A DNA stretch of 13,970 nucleotides, taken from IMG/VR virus record IMGVR_UViG_3300028361_000018, one strand, 5' to 3'. The notes under the pieces were generated by a model. That model searched no databases. It saw only the letters and a list, made by a program, of their open reading frames with translations, and had not been told where the DNA came from. Made by a program: the position numbers and the translations under genes. Of this stretch, positions 1 to 7,132 are shown piece by piece (the stretch's first letter is position 1; every line of letters starts with the position of its first letter). This DNA is from a virus. Lineage: Duplodnaviria > Heunggongvirae > Uroviricota > Caudoviricetes.

Positions 1-102
1 GATAATGCGAAACACAAGTTTTTGTTTGACATCGCCTTTAGTCACTTGCAGCTTTGGAACAGCGCAGAGGATTTCTTGGCAGACCATGCGGATGTGGTCT
101 AG
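1..102 (+). CDS. 3' end of a paralog-array protein (5'-truncated by window)
   Basis: Frame 1 reads DNAKHKFLFDIAFSHLQLWNSAEDFLADHADVV* (TAG 100-102). HKFLFDIAF and WNSAEDF match the two C-terminal motifs of the downstream paralogs. Not in the ORF track. Confidence 0.7.
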   Translation, partial: DNAKHKFLFDIAFSHLQLWNSAEDFLADHADVV

Positions 103-114
103 TGGCAGTGTGTC

Positions 115-369
115 TTGAAATATAGAGTGGGCATAACCACCAGCGGAGTTGCAGTGAACCTACAAGGTGCAGCATGGTTAGAGCAGTGTGTAGGATCAAG
201 AGACCTGCAGTGGCGCGCGGTAGTAGATGCCCTGCGCAGTGACTACACCTCAGTACATCAAAAACGCTGCTATGACATATACTTCAACTGCGATCGGCAT
301 GTTCGAATGTGGGTGCTTTGGTGTTCATTAAATGACGTTGAGGTAAGATACAGCTTTGTGGTTGACTAG
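115..369 (+). CDS. Small paralog-array protein (F/W-x-LWC subfamily)
   Basis: WLEQCVGSRDLQW ... IYFNCDRHVRMWVLWC. TTG start without a clear SD, so the start is uncertain. Confidence 0.65.
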   Translation: MKYRVGITTSGVAVNLQGAAWLEQCVGSRDLQWRAVVDALRSDYTSVHQKRCYDIYFNCDRHVRMWVLWCSLNDVEVRYSFVVD

Positions 370-420
370 CGCAGTTTATGAAGTTGTACTGGTTATTAAC
401 TTATTATGAGACTCTAACTT

Positions 421-723
421 ATGAGCAAGATAACTCGACGGTACGTTATAGTACTAGCAGTATCTCATTACGACTATGAACAGATGGATGCTGCTATTGA
501 ATGGATAAGCGCCACCAACAAGCCCGACACTTGGAGCAGGTGGTCATTCTTTTTTGCAGACTATTGGTGTGAACAAATTCAAGTAGATACGCAATCACAA
601 CAAGCTAGAATTAACTTGTATGCAAATTTGTGTAATATCGAGAGTTATAACAGTGTAAGCGAGTTTGAGCTTAAAAATCCAAACCGTTATCCGTTCATTG
701 ACGGCATTCAAAATGAAACATAA
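421..723 (+). CDS. Small paralog-array protein (divergent)
   Basis: IEWISATNKPDTW and C-terminal SYNSVSEFE, similar to CYASIAEFE of 2700..3053. Confidence 0.6.
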   Translation: MSKITRRYVIVLAVSHYDYEQMDAAIEWISATNKPDTWSRWSFFFADYWCEQIQVDTQSQQARINLYANLCNIESYNSVSEFELKNPNRYPFIDGIQNET

Positions 724-1009
724 ACTACGCGCAAAGTTTGATCCCAGAGAAATGGTCTCCAACCAAGCGGTTAAATCATATTATGAATGGGCAAACCTAC
801 GAAAGCAATCGGATCGATGGCAACAGCATAATCTCGGATATTGCGCTGCTGCTGCCGTGTGTACAGACGATCGCGATGGTCGAATTGCAGTAGTTTGCTA
901 TTTGTTCAAGAGTTCACGCGACCTACGCCGTTTTAAGTTATGGTGCGATTTACACGGACTACAAGTAGAGGACTGTTCTGGTGCTGATAATGCAGAGAAA
1001 AACACCTAG
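713..1009 (+). CDS. Small paralog-array protein
   Basis: ATG 713 overlaps the previous stop (more likely than TTG 665). YEWANLRKQSDRW ... YLFKSSRDLRRFKLWC. Confidence 0.7.
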   Translation: MKHKLRAKFDPREMVSNQAVKSYYEWANLRKQSDRWQQHNLGYCAAAAVCTDDRDGRIAVVCYLFKSSRDLRRFKLWCDLHGLQVEDCSGADNAEKNT

Positions 1010-1280
1010 CGGATTTGCCTGCTTGATCGAACTGGATACTGATCAGCGACTCAAGGTCACTCAGTGGGTAGTATCCAATATAGCGGCTGGCGCAATGCCT
1101 TTCAACAATCCCTACATATTCACCTATCAGCATATGGACCGGAATGAGCAGCACCAGTTTATGCACAGCATGGCTTTCTTCTATCAGATAGACTTTGATA
1201 GCCAGCGTCTGCTGAGACAATTTGTTCTTTGGGCTACCTTCACAAACATTGTAATAGTCAGCACAACACACGAGGTATGA
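990..1280 (+). CDS. Small paralog-array protein
   Basis: ATG 990. QWVVSNIA ... IDFDSQRLLRQFVLWA. Confidence 0.7.
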   Translation: MQRKTPSGFACLIELDTDQRLKVTQWVVSNIAAGAMPFNNPYIFTYQHMDRNEQHQFMHSMAFFYQIDFDSQRLLRQFVLWATFTNIVIVSTTHEV

Positions 1281-1281
1281 T

Positions 1282-1584
1282 ATGTACAACAGCGTAACAA
1301 AACCATTAACCACCAGTGAACGACTAGAGATGTTTGCTTGGTGTAAACAAGTGCTAGGCACGTGGCAGAACGGTGAATGCGAGGGAATCACATATGGTTG
1401 GTCTCATCGCATTAACCGAATTAGTAACTATCATGTGAATACGTTTTCCTTTCCAAGGGCATGCGACAAGTTTATGTTCGACATACGCTTTGGACACTAT
1501 GAGATATATGACAGCTTAAACGATTACTATAATAAAGTAGAACGTGCAAAATTTAGTCCTAAACAACCACGGTGGACAATATGA
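1282..1584 (+). CDS. Small paralog-array protein
   Basis: SD GAGGT 1272-1276. AWCKQVLG ... FSFPRACDKFMFDIRFG ... IYDSLNDY. Confidence 0.75.
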   Translation: MYNSVTKPLTTSERLEMFAWCKQVLGTWQNGECEGITYGWSHRINRISNYHVNTFSFPRACDKFMFDIRFGHYEIYDSLNDYYNKVERAKFSPKQPRWTI

Positions 1585-1883
1585 TTACGGACATTAATCG
1601 TTATGCGTTTGAACACGTGAGTTATATAAGAATGAAACATGAACACTTCAAGATTCTTGAGCAATGGCTATACAAAAATATAGGCCCGGCACACTTCGAT
1701 TGGAGTAATGAGTTAGAGCGCAAGTATGCTAACAGCACAGTATTCAGCTTTAGAGTACACAAACACAAACGAGCGTTTGTTCTATTCGCGCAAATGTCAG
1801 GCTGCGCAGTGTTCGACACGTTTAATGAATATATTATATGGTGTAGCAATGTTAAAAGATCCGGATCCAATCAAACCCTATAG
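1581..1883 (+). CDS. Small paralog-array protein
   Basis: ATGA overlap with previous stop. QWLYKNIGPAHFDW ... FSFRVHKHKRAFVLF ... VFDTFNEY. Confidence 0.75.
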   Translation: MITDINRYAFEHVSYIRMKHEHFKILEQWLYKNIGPAHFDWSNELERKYANSTVFSFRVHKHKRAFVLFAQMSGCAVFDTFNEYIIWCSNVKRSGSNQTL

Positions 1884-2121
1884 CTGTGCGTTTTTGGTCA
1901 CTGAGAGACAAATCACAACAATACACAATTGGCTACATGAAAGATTCGGCCCCTACGGTGATCGATGGGCAATTAAGAGTGTGTCTCCAGGTTACTCTAT
2001 TAGGATGGCTGCTGTGATATCGTTTGCTAAAGAATCACAGCAAACATTTTTTCAGCTGGCCTGGAGCGACACGGTTAAAAGATTCTACGACACAGCAGAA
2101 GAGTGCTTTAACGATCAATAG
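1849..2121 (+). CDS. Small paralog-array protein
   Basis: Likely ATG 1849 rather than 1726. NWLHERFGPYGDRW ... ISFAKESQQTFFQLAWSD. Confidence 0.75.
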   Translation: MLKDPDPIKPYSCAFLVTERQITTIHNWLHERFGPYGDRWAIKSVSPGYSIRMAAVISFAKESQQTFFQLAWSDTVKRFYDTAEECFNDQ

Positions 2122-2133
2122 AGGAATGTTGTG

Positions 2134-2424
2134 ATGTGTAAAACAAACGGTGAAGATCAAGTCGCCCTCTACGTGAGTGTGTTTAAGATTGTTAACTATA
2201 ACGGCACGGATCAATTCACTGAGGACGTAATCTGCTGGCTTGAACATCGGTTAGGTGCTGCTAACAAACAGTGGAGCTACAAGAAAGCATACTATTGTGG
2301 TCATGCTGCCGCTATGATATCATTTAACAAAGAGTCACATCGAACATTGTTTCAGCTAGCTTGGAGTGATAATATACATGAATTCTATTCTTGCCTTGCA
2401 CATGCCTTTCACAATTGGCTTTAA
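2134..2424 (+). CDS. Small paralog-array protein, close paralog of 1849..2121
   Basis: SD GAGGA 2121-2125; ATG 2134 (or GTG 2131). CWLEHRLGAANKQW ... ISFNKESHRTLFQLAWSD. Confidence 0.75.
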   Translation: MCKTNGEDQVALYVSVFKIVNYNGTDQFTEDVICWLEHRLGAANKQWSYKKAYYCGHAAAMISFNKESHRTLFQLAWSDNIHEFYSCLAHAFHNWL

Positions 2425-2427
2425 AGA

Positions 2428-2456
2428 TTGACACCTCTGCTGTCTGACTGTATACT
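2428..2456 (+). promoter_or_regulatory. Sigma70-type (early) promoter
   Basis: TTGACA 2428-2433, 17-nt spacer, TATACT 2451-2456, in one of the few sizeable gaps in the array. Confidence 0.8.
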
Positions 2457-2485
2457 CTAAGTATATTAAAACACAAGGCAACACT

Positions 2486-2707
2486 ATGAGCCAACTAACC
2501 TGTACAGTATACGAAACCAACATGCATTACTGGACGTGGATCAAGCTGGCCTTCGACGATCCCAAGTGTAAGATTGCTAGAGTTGACGAATCTCGAGCAG
2601 GGTCAAACCGATTGACATTTATTTTCAAAGACCGTTACGGTATGCTGTTCTTTTTTCTCAAGTACTCAACACATTTTGGAATAGTAGAGGAGAACAAACT
2701 TGATTAA
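2486..2707 (+). CDS. Small paralog-array protein (minimal member)
   Basis: TWIKLAFD ... FIFKDRYGMLFFFLKYS; lies downstream of the 2428 promoter. Confidence 0.65.
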   Translation: MSQLTCTVYETNMHYWTWIKLAFDDPKCKIARVDESRAGSNRLTFIFKDRYGMLFFFLKYSTHFGIVEENKLD

Positions 2708-3053
2708 ATTTAGTAACCAATCAGTAATAGATTTTAGTTATGACCAGTCGGCGGAGATGGAGGAATGGTTAGTCAAACACTTTGGCTCCGAGGGCGAACT
2801 TTGGGTCGCTTATCTCAAACCACGAAGCACCTATGCCTATGTTATTGAGTTTTCTCAAGTAACGCATCAGATGCTGTTCGAACTTCGGTTTAGTGACTCC
2901 GCAAAGTGTTACGCTAGCATTGCTGAGTTTGAAATAGGTAGAGCAGCAGACCGAGAGGCACAAGAGGCAAAGTTCCCCAACGCGGCGACTAGGATAGAAC
3001 AATACCGTAAAAAATACCGTAACCTATTCTCATACACCGAGGATATAGAATGA
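2700..3053 (+). CDS. Small paralog-array protein
   Basis: TTG start after SD AGAGGAG. EEWLVKHFGSEGELW ... IEFSQVTHQMLFELRFSD. Confidence 0.75.
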   Translation: MIKFSNQSVIDFSYDQSAEMEEWLVKHFGSEGELWVAYLKPRSTYAYVIEFSQVTHQMLFELRFSDSAKCYASIAEFEIGRAADREAQEAKFPNAATRIEQYRKKYRNLFSYTEDIE

Positions 3054-3412
3054 AAGAGTTCGACTACATTTCTGTAATAAACATGGACATACTAGCTCTT
3101 ATTGGTATCAGCGAATGGATGACTACAGTCTTGGGCCGTCGTGGGATCAAATGGGACACTGAAGTAACTCGAGGGTATCCTCAACTAATTATAGTCATGT
3201 TTGAATCAGACAAGTATAAGACATTGTTTGATATGAAATGGGAAAGTGAGTATTCGATACATGCTAGTGCAGAAGCAGCTAATCATTATTGGACTAACAG
3301 CTACCACCAAGGCATATTAAACGCCAGTAACACAGTGCTTGGTATTGCTCGAGATACTAGTGCAAGGACGCAAATAAAGATCGAGAAAGGGAGGCACGTT
3401 GTTAATGGGTAA
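3050..3412 (+). CDS. Small paralog-array protein
   Basis: ATGA overlap. EWMTTVLGRRGIKW ... VMFESDKYKTLFDMKWES. Confidence 0.75.
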   Translation: MKEFDYISVINMDILALIGISEWMTTVLGRRGIKWDTEVTRGYPQLIIVMFESDKYKTLFDMKWESEYSIHASAEAANHYWTNSYHQGILNASNTVLGIARDTSARTQIKIEKGRHVVNG

Positions 3413-3665
3413 TCATATAGTGAGTAGTCGAATGCTGGTCCCTGAACACATGGCCTACATACGTTATAATACTAAACAGTTGAGCAAAGTAATAGACTGG
3501 CTATGCGAATTGTCAGCTGAGGATGATAAGTGGAGTATTGATCTATGGACCAAACCGTTTGAAATATACTCTATAAAGTTTAAGAACCCAAGACACCGAG
3601 TACTATTTGAATTGCGATTCGCAGGAGAAATAGACTTCATTGAACTTACGGACTCGTTAACATGA
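3405..3665 (+). CDS. Small paralog-array protein
   Basis: SD GGGAGG 3389-3394; ATG 3405 (or TTG 3399). DWLCELSAEDDKW ... IKFKNPRHRVLFELRFAG. Confidence 0.75.
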   Translation: MGNHIVSSRMLVPEHMAYIRYNTKQLSKVIDWLCELSAEDDKWSIDLWTKPFEIYSIKFKNPRHRVLFELRFAGEIDFIELTDSLT

Positions 3666-3979
3666 AACTATCAAAGTTCAAACACCACACTGTGTTTAGC
3701 TACACAAAAATTCCTCTTCAAACAGCGTTGGATTGGTTGACTGCTCGCATGGGGCCGGAGGATATCAAATGGCAATGCAACCGCCCCTTAGGAAACATTG
3801 CAACTGTAGAATTTATGTCTAATCGAGACAAGTTCCTCTTCGACATACGATGGTCTGAACAAATGCGTATTCTGCCAACATCTGGAGCAGGTCCTGCTCC
3901 AAGTTTTGTAAAGTTGTTAATTGAGCTCGGTGCACAATCAAATAAACAGCATACTAAAATCACAACAGCAGGTCTGTAA
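3662..3979 (+). CDS. Small paralog-array protein
   Basis: DWLTARMGPEDIKW ... ATVEFMSNRDKFLFDIRWSE ... MRILPTSGAGPAP. Confidence 0.75.
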   Translation: MKLSKFKHHTVFSYTKIPLQTALDWLTARMGPEDIKWQCNRPLGNIATVEFMSNRDKFLFDIRWSEQMRILPTSGAGPAPSFVKLLIELGAQSNKQHTKITTAGL

Positions 3980-3982
3980 GCT

Positions 3983-4288
3983 ATGATGAAACGCAACTAC
4001 CACACAATCTTTCGCACAAGCCACACTACTCTACTTAAGATGGAACACTGGCTGGCTCTCAGCTTTGGGCCCGAAGGGGGCCGGTGGCAGATCAAAGACG
4101 ACTACCTTCGAGTAGACATGGCGGCTGTTGAGTTTGAGGACGAGCGACACAAATTATTGTTTGATCTTAAATGGGGTAACGATAATCGTATGCGCGTGAT
4201 GCCGAGTCTAGGGCAAGGGCCCAGCCCGCGTCCGGTATCGGGCAGTCTGCTCGGGTACGCAGTGACAGATGAGACATCTACCCTGTGA
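3983..4288 (+). CDS. Small paralog-array protein
   Basis: HWLALSFGPEGGRW ... AAVEFEDERHKLLFDLKWGN ... MRVMPSLGQGPSP. Confidence 0.75.
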   Translation: MMKRNYHTIFRTSHTTLLKMEHWLALSFGPEGGRWQIKDDYLRVDMAAVEFEDERHKLLFDLKWGNDNRMRVMPSLGQGPSPRPVSGSLLGYAVTDETSTL

Positions 4289-4518
4289 GCTACATAATTG
4301 CAGGGTTTAGAAAATTTGAGCAAGCAACGCCGTTAATTGAATGGATCGAAACCAATCCCAACTATTCACTAGGGGAGTGGTTTCAGCATTACGGACAAGA
4401 ATCTAACAACTGTTATTCAACAACGTCTGTTATAGTCCACTACGACGGACCAGTATACGGAATGCTATTTAAACTACGCTGGGCCGATAGATTATATATT
4501 TTAGAGGAAGTAAATTAG
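4285..4518 (+). CDS. Small paralog-array protein (last member)
   Basis: GTGA overlap. IEWIETNP ... GMLFKLRWAD. Confidence 0.65.
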   Translation: MSYIIAGFRKFEQATPLIEWIETNPNYSLGEWFQHYGQESNNCYSTTSVIVHYDGPVYGMLFKLRWADRLYILEEVN

Positions 4519-4528
4519 GATTAACTCT

Positions 4529-4565
4529 CTACTGGCATTAATTACCACGCCATTAATGCCAGTAG
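4529..4565. terminator. Perfect 14-bp inverted repeat; probable bidirectional terminator between convergent blocks
   Basis: CTACTGGCATTAAT (4529-4542) / ATTAATGCCAGTAG (4552-4565), 9-nt loop, located where + and - genes converge. No clear U-tract. Confidence 0.55.
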
Positions 4566-4706
4566 TCCTTGAGCAAATATATAGATTACTGTCCATGCTA
4601 TTATTGTTAGTAAGGTCCATGATATTAGTACTATTTTAAAACGTCGGAATCGATAGAACAGCACAAATAACATGCACAGCAGCAGTCCAAAGAAATATAC
4701 TATCAT
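4542..4706 (-). CDS. 54-aa two-TM membrane protein (holin-like architecture)
   Basis: MIVYFFGLLLCMLFVLFYRFRRFKIVLISWTLLTIIAWTVIYIFAQGLLALMAW*. ATGA-coupled to the stop of 4703..4978. Below the ORF-track size cut-off. Confidence 0.7.
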   Translation of the reverse strand: MIVYFFGLLLCMLFVLFYRFRRFKIVLISWTLLTIIAWTVIYIFAQGLLALMAW

Positions 4707-4978
4707 GGAGTAGCATACTCTACATCATCAATGTTCCAACAGTTATCCCATGATACTACAAACTCCTGCTCTGTCACAACGTCTATTAATTGAACCAGTT
4801 GATTCTTCTGATCACGTATTTGTATAATACCCGTGCTTTCGTATATTCCAGGCTTGCCTGGATGAGCTTGCCCAACCTGAGGAGCTGCTTTTATCGGCAC
4901 TCCTGCTGGGTCTACAAACGTAGTTACTTTGAATTCGCAAGCATAAGGCTTGCCTGGTGTAATATCAATTAGCTGCAT
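4703..4978 (-). CDS. Hypothetical protein (beta-rich)
   Basis: 91 aa; SD AAGGGGA and a TAAATA motif upstream. Confidence 0.75.
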   Translation of the reverse strand: MQLIDITPGKPYACEFKVTTFVDPAGVPIKAAPQVGQAHPGKPGIYESTGIIQIRDQKNQLVQLIDVVTEQEFVVSWDNCWNIDDVEYATP

Positions 4979-4998
4979 ATCTTTATCCCCTTGTATAC

Positions 4999-5004
4999 TA
5001 TTTA
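4999..5004 (-). promoter_or_regulatory. T4-like late promoter core (TAAATA)
   Basis: TATTTA on + strand, upstream of the SD of 4703..4978. Confidence 0.55.
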
Positions 5005-5027
5005 ATTATCTCATTGAGGCACAAGTG

Positions 5028-5034
5028 ATAAATA
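5028..5034 (+). promoter_or_regulatory. T4-like late promoter core (ATAAATA)
   Basis: Upstream of SD AAGGAG 5053-5058 and ATG 5066; divergent from the 4999-5004 copy. Confidence 0.6.
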
Positions 5035-5065
5035 TATTTGAACCGTTACTTAAAGGAGACTTGCC

Positions 5066-5287
5066 ATGAGTAGAATGCGCAATATATCTTTAAACCTAGA
5101 GTTAGGTCAAAAGATACTAGTAGGCCCAAACAACGAAACAGCCGAAATAACAAAAATTGAGTTTCATGAAAAGAGCGGAGAGATAGACATAAACACTACA
5201 AGAGGTCCTCGCAAGGTTTTAACATTTAGGCTATGCGAGCAATCTGACCAAGAAGAAAATACTAATCCTGCTGACAAATTTAGGTAA
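5066..5287 (+). CDS. Hypothetical protein (possible small beta-barrel)
   Basis: 73 aa, strong SD; fold is a guess from residue pattern. Confidence 0.75.
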   Translation: MSRMRNISLNLELGQKILVGPNNETAEITKIEFHEKSGEIDINTTRGPRKVLTFRLCEQSDQEENTNPADKFR

Positions 5288-5293
5288 ATGAAT

Positions 5294-5539
5294 ATGAAGA
5301 TAAATGAAATTATAGACACAGTTACAGAGTGGAAAGCCTCTAAAAAGCTTTGCACTAGTTCTAAGCCAGACAGCGCAATAGGTGCAAGTGCACTAGCGTC
5401 CTGTAAGTCACAAGGCTATCGCAGTCGCGACGGGAACAAGAGTCACAAGATTGGCAAGAAAAGAGTTAAGATGGGCGGAAAGAAAATTCGCGGCGCTCCC
5501 TATGGAGGATCTATACCGAATTATGGTAGCGGGAGCTAA
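5294..5539 (+). CDS. Small basic protein with MKINEII leader; candidate internal head protein
   Basis: MKINEIIDTVTE then a K/R/G/S-rich body (16 K+R in 69 aa). ATG 5294 or 5288. Confidence 0.7.
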   Translation: MKINEIIDTVTEWKASKKLCTSSKPDSAIGASALASCKSQGYRSRDGNKSHKIGKKRVKMGGKKIRGAPYGGSIPNYGSGS

Positions 5540-5542
5540 TCA

Positions 5543-6103
5543 GTGCTGGAAATAAAAACAGTCGAATGTTTAAAAGGATCAATTATAGTTAGCACTCCTT
5601 TACTTGTAGACCGTCTTTTTGAGGAGTGTGTAATTTATATATACGACCATTCCTCTAGATGGGGCACACAGGGCATTGTGATAAACAGAACTACTGATCT
5701 AACGGTATTAGATTTACTAGAGAAAATGGAGCTTTTCTCTCAAGACCCACAACTAGACTTTCCATTGTATCACGGCGGACCTATTGAAGAAAACGGTATT
5801 GCCATGGTACATACTAGTGAATGGTACTCTTCCAACACTTGTGCAGTGACAAGCGATATTAGTATTAGCTCAGATAAGTTTATGATAGAAAAGCTCTTAG
5901 ACGGCAATGCACCTGCTAACTGGTTGATGAGCGCAGGCAAGTGTGAATGGGAGCCTGGAGAGATAGAACAGGAAATAGCAGCAGGCGCTTGGCTGTGTGC
6001 TACGGCGTGTGAAGAGATGTTATTCTCGTCAAAGGATAACGACAGCCAATGGAGAATAGCTATTGAATATTGCACCAAACAAGCAGTAAACAGTTGGCTC
6101 TAG
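5543..6103 (+). CDS. yqgE: YqgE/AlgH family protein (UPF0301/DUF179)
   Basis: GSIIVSTP..D..F..CV....H....G..GIVINR, YHGGPI, G..EW.PGEIEQEI..GAW match the family pattern. GTG start with SD GGGAG. Confidence 0.85.
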   Translation: MLEIKTVECLKGSIIVSTPLLVDRLFEECVIYIYDHSSRWGTQGIVINRTTDLTVLDLLEKMELFSQDPQLDFPLYHGGPIEENGIAMVHTSEWYSSNTCAVTSDISISSDKFMIEKLLDGNAPANWLMSAGKCEWEPGEIEQEIAAGAWLCATACEEMLFSSKDNDSQWRIAIEYCTKQAVNSWL

Positions 6104-6112
6104 ACAAAGCGA

Positions 6113-6141
6113 TTGACAGCTAAATAAAACACTGCTATAAT
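6113..6141 (+). promoter_or_regulatory. Consensus sigma70 promoter with extended -10; TAAATA nested in the spacer
   Basis: TTGACA 6113-6118, 17 nt, TATAAT 6136-6141 preceded by TGC; TAAATA at 6121-6126. Confidence 0.85.
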
Positions 6142-6204
6142 GGCAGTTGTACTATGAAGTCATACAACGGTATGACTACTGATTAAGGAAAAAGAGGAGA
6201 TAAC

Positions 6205-6714
6205 ATGGATTGCTTGCTGTTAAATGCTAACGGACAACCAGTGTCTTATCTTCCGTTAAGTGCAATAACGTGGAAAGATGCTGTTACTTATATGTGGCTG
6301 GACAAATGCATTGTACTAGATTGGTATGATGACTGGATAGTACACGCAGAAACTTGGGAAACGCGAGTTCCCGCAGTCATCATGATGAAAGAAATGATGA
6401 AGTCCAAGACCAAGCCGAGATTCTCAAAGGGAAATATATTTCTACGAGATCTATTCACTTGCCAGTATTGCGAGACTAAGGTAACGCGAAACGAAGCAAC
6501 ATTGGATCACGTGAGGCCACAAAGCCTCGGCGGTAAAACTACCTGGGAAAATATAGCAACAGCATGCGGTCCATGTAACCATAACAAGGGCAATCGGCTT
6601 AGTCCTAAACCTATTAGGCAGCCCTACAAGCCTGATTACTATGAGCTAGTAAGTAAGCGCAAGCTGTCATCATGGGAAGTAAAACACCCGTCTTGGAACA
6701 CCTACCTACAATAA
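6205..6714 (+). CDS. HNH endonuclease, McrA/COG1403-like
   Basis: RDLFTCQYC ... TLDHVRPQSLGGKTTWENIATACGPCNHNKG (CxxC/HNH); SD AAGAGGAG. Confidence 0.9.
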   Translation: MDCLLLNANGQPVSYLPLSAITWKDAVTYMWLDKCIVLDWYDDWIVHAETWETRVPAVIMMKEMMKSKTKPRFSKGNIFLRDLFTCQYCETKVTRNEATLDHVRPQSLGGKTTWENIATACGPCNHNKGNRLSPKPIRQPYKPDYYELVSKRKLSSWEVKHPSWNTYLQ

Positions 6715-6715
6715 G

Positions 6716-7132
6716 CTACTTAAACCAAGCAATACGTTTACCAGCGTCTATACGGCGCTGGTGTTCTTGGTGGCTTCCAGGGTAGCGCCACCCCCATATG
6801 CTAACCAAGAACATAAATCCTCCACTCCACGCAATCGCAGCAATATTGCCTGTGGTAAACCAAAGCACAGCTAGGCTAGTTGACATTGTAATTACCATTA
6901 GGTATTTAAATTTAGTAGGGAAGATACGTTTCTCTGTCCAGTTTTTTAAAAACGGTCCAAAGATCTTATGATTATAGATCCACTTGTGCATACGCTTGCT
7001 ACTTTTAGCAAAGCAGTATGCTGCACCTACCGCAGGTGTGCTCCACGGTAACATAGGCATATAAATCCCTACAAAGGCTACTCCTACAAGTATAATGCCC
7101 AGCGTAAACCAAAGTGCTTTTTTAATGTTCAT
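6716..7132 (-). CDS. ybaN: YbaN/DUF454 family inner-membrane protein
   Basis: G.....VG...PMLP..P....A.CFAKSS.R...W...H..FGP....W....P.K.K pattern. Start overlaps the hemA stop by 11 nt. Confidence 0.8.
   Translation of the reverse strand: MNIKKALWFTLGIILVGVAFVGIYMPMLPWSTPAVGAAYCFAKSSKRMHKWIYNHKIFGPFLKNWTEKRIFPTKFKYLMVITMSTSLAVLWFTTGNIAAIAWSGGFMFLVSIWGWRYPGSHQEHQRRIDAGKRIAWFK
6740..6768 (+). terminator. Probable intrinsic terminator for the HNH transcript, inside the 3' end of ybaN
   Basis: CCAGCGTC-TATAC-GGCGCTGG stem-loop (one G-U) followed by TGTTCTT. Confidence 0.45.

Noticed and set aside
1-369. TAG recoding or readthrough: the partial ORF 1..102 ends in TAG in frame with 115..369, and many genes end in TAG
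   Set aside because: hemA, YqgE, HNH and the NTase are full length in code 11 with no internal TAG. The ybaN TAG abuts a convergent stop. Each side of the 100-102 TAG looks like a separate array unit.
362-390. TTGACT-N17-TGTACT promoter upstream of 421
   Set aside because: The -10 lacks the highly conserved A at position 2; too weak to call.
1-4518. The array as a CRISPR, DGR or DNA tandem repeat
   Set aside because: Similarity is at protein level with synonymous divergence. I saw no direct nucleotide repeats, reverse transcriptase or adenine-specific TR/VR pair.
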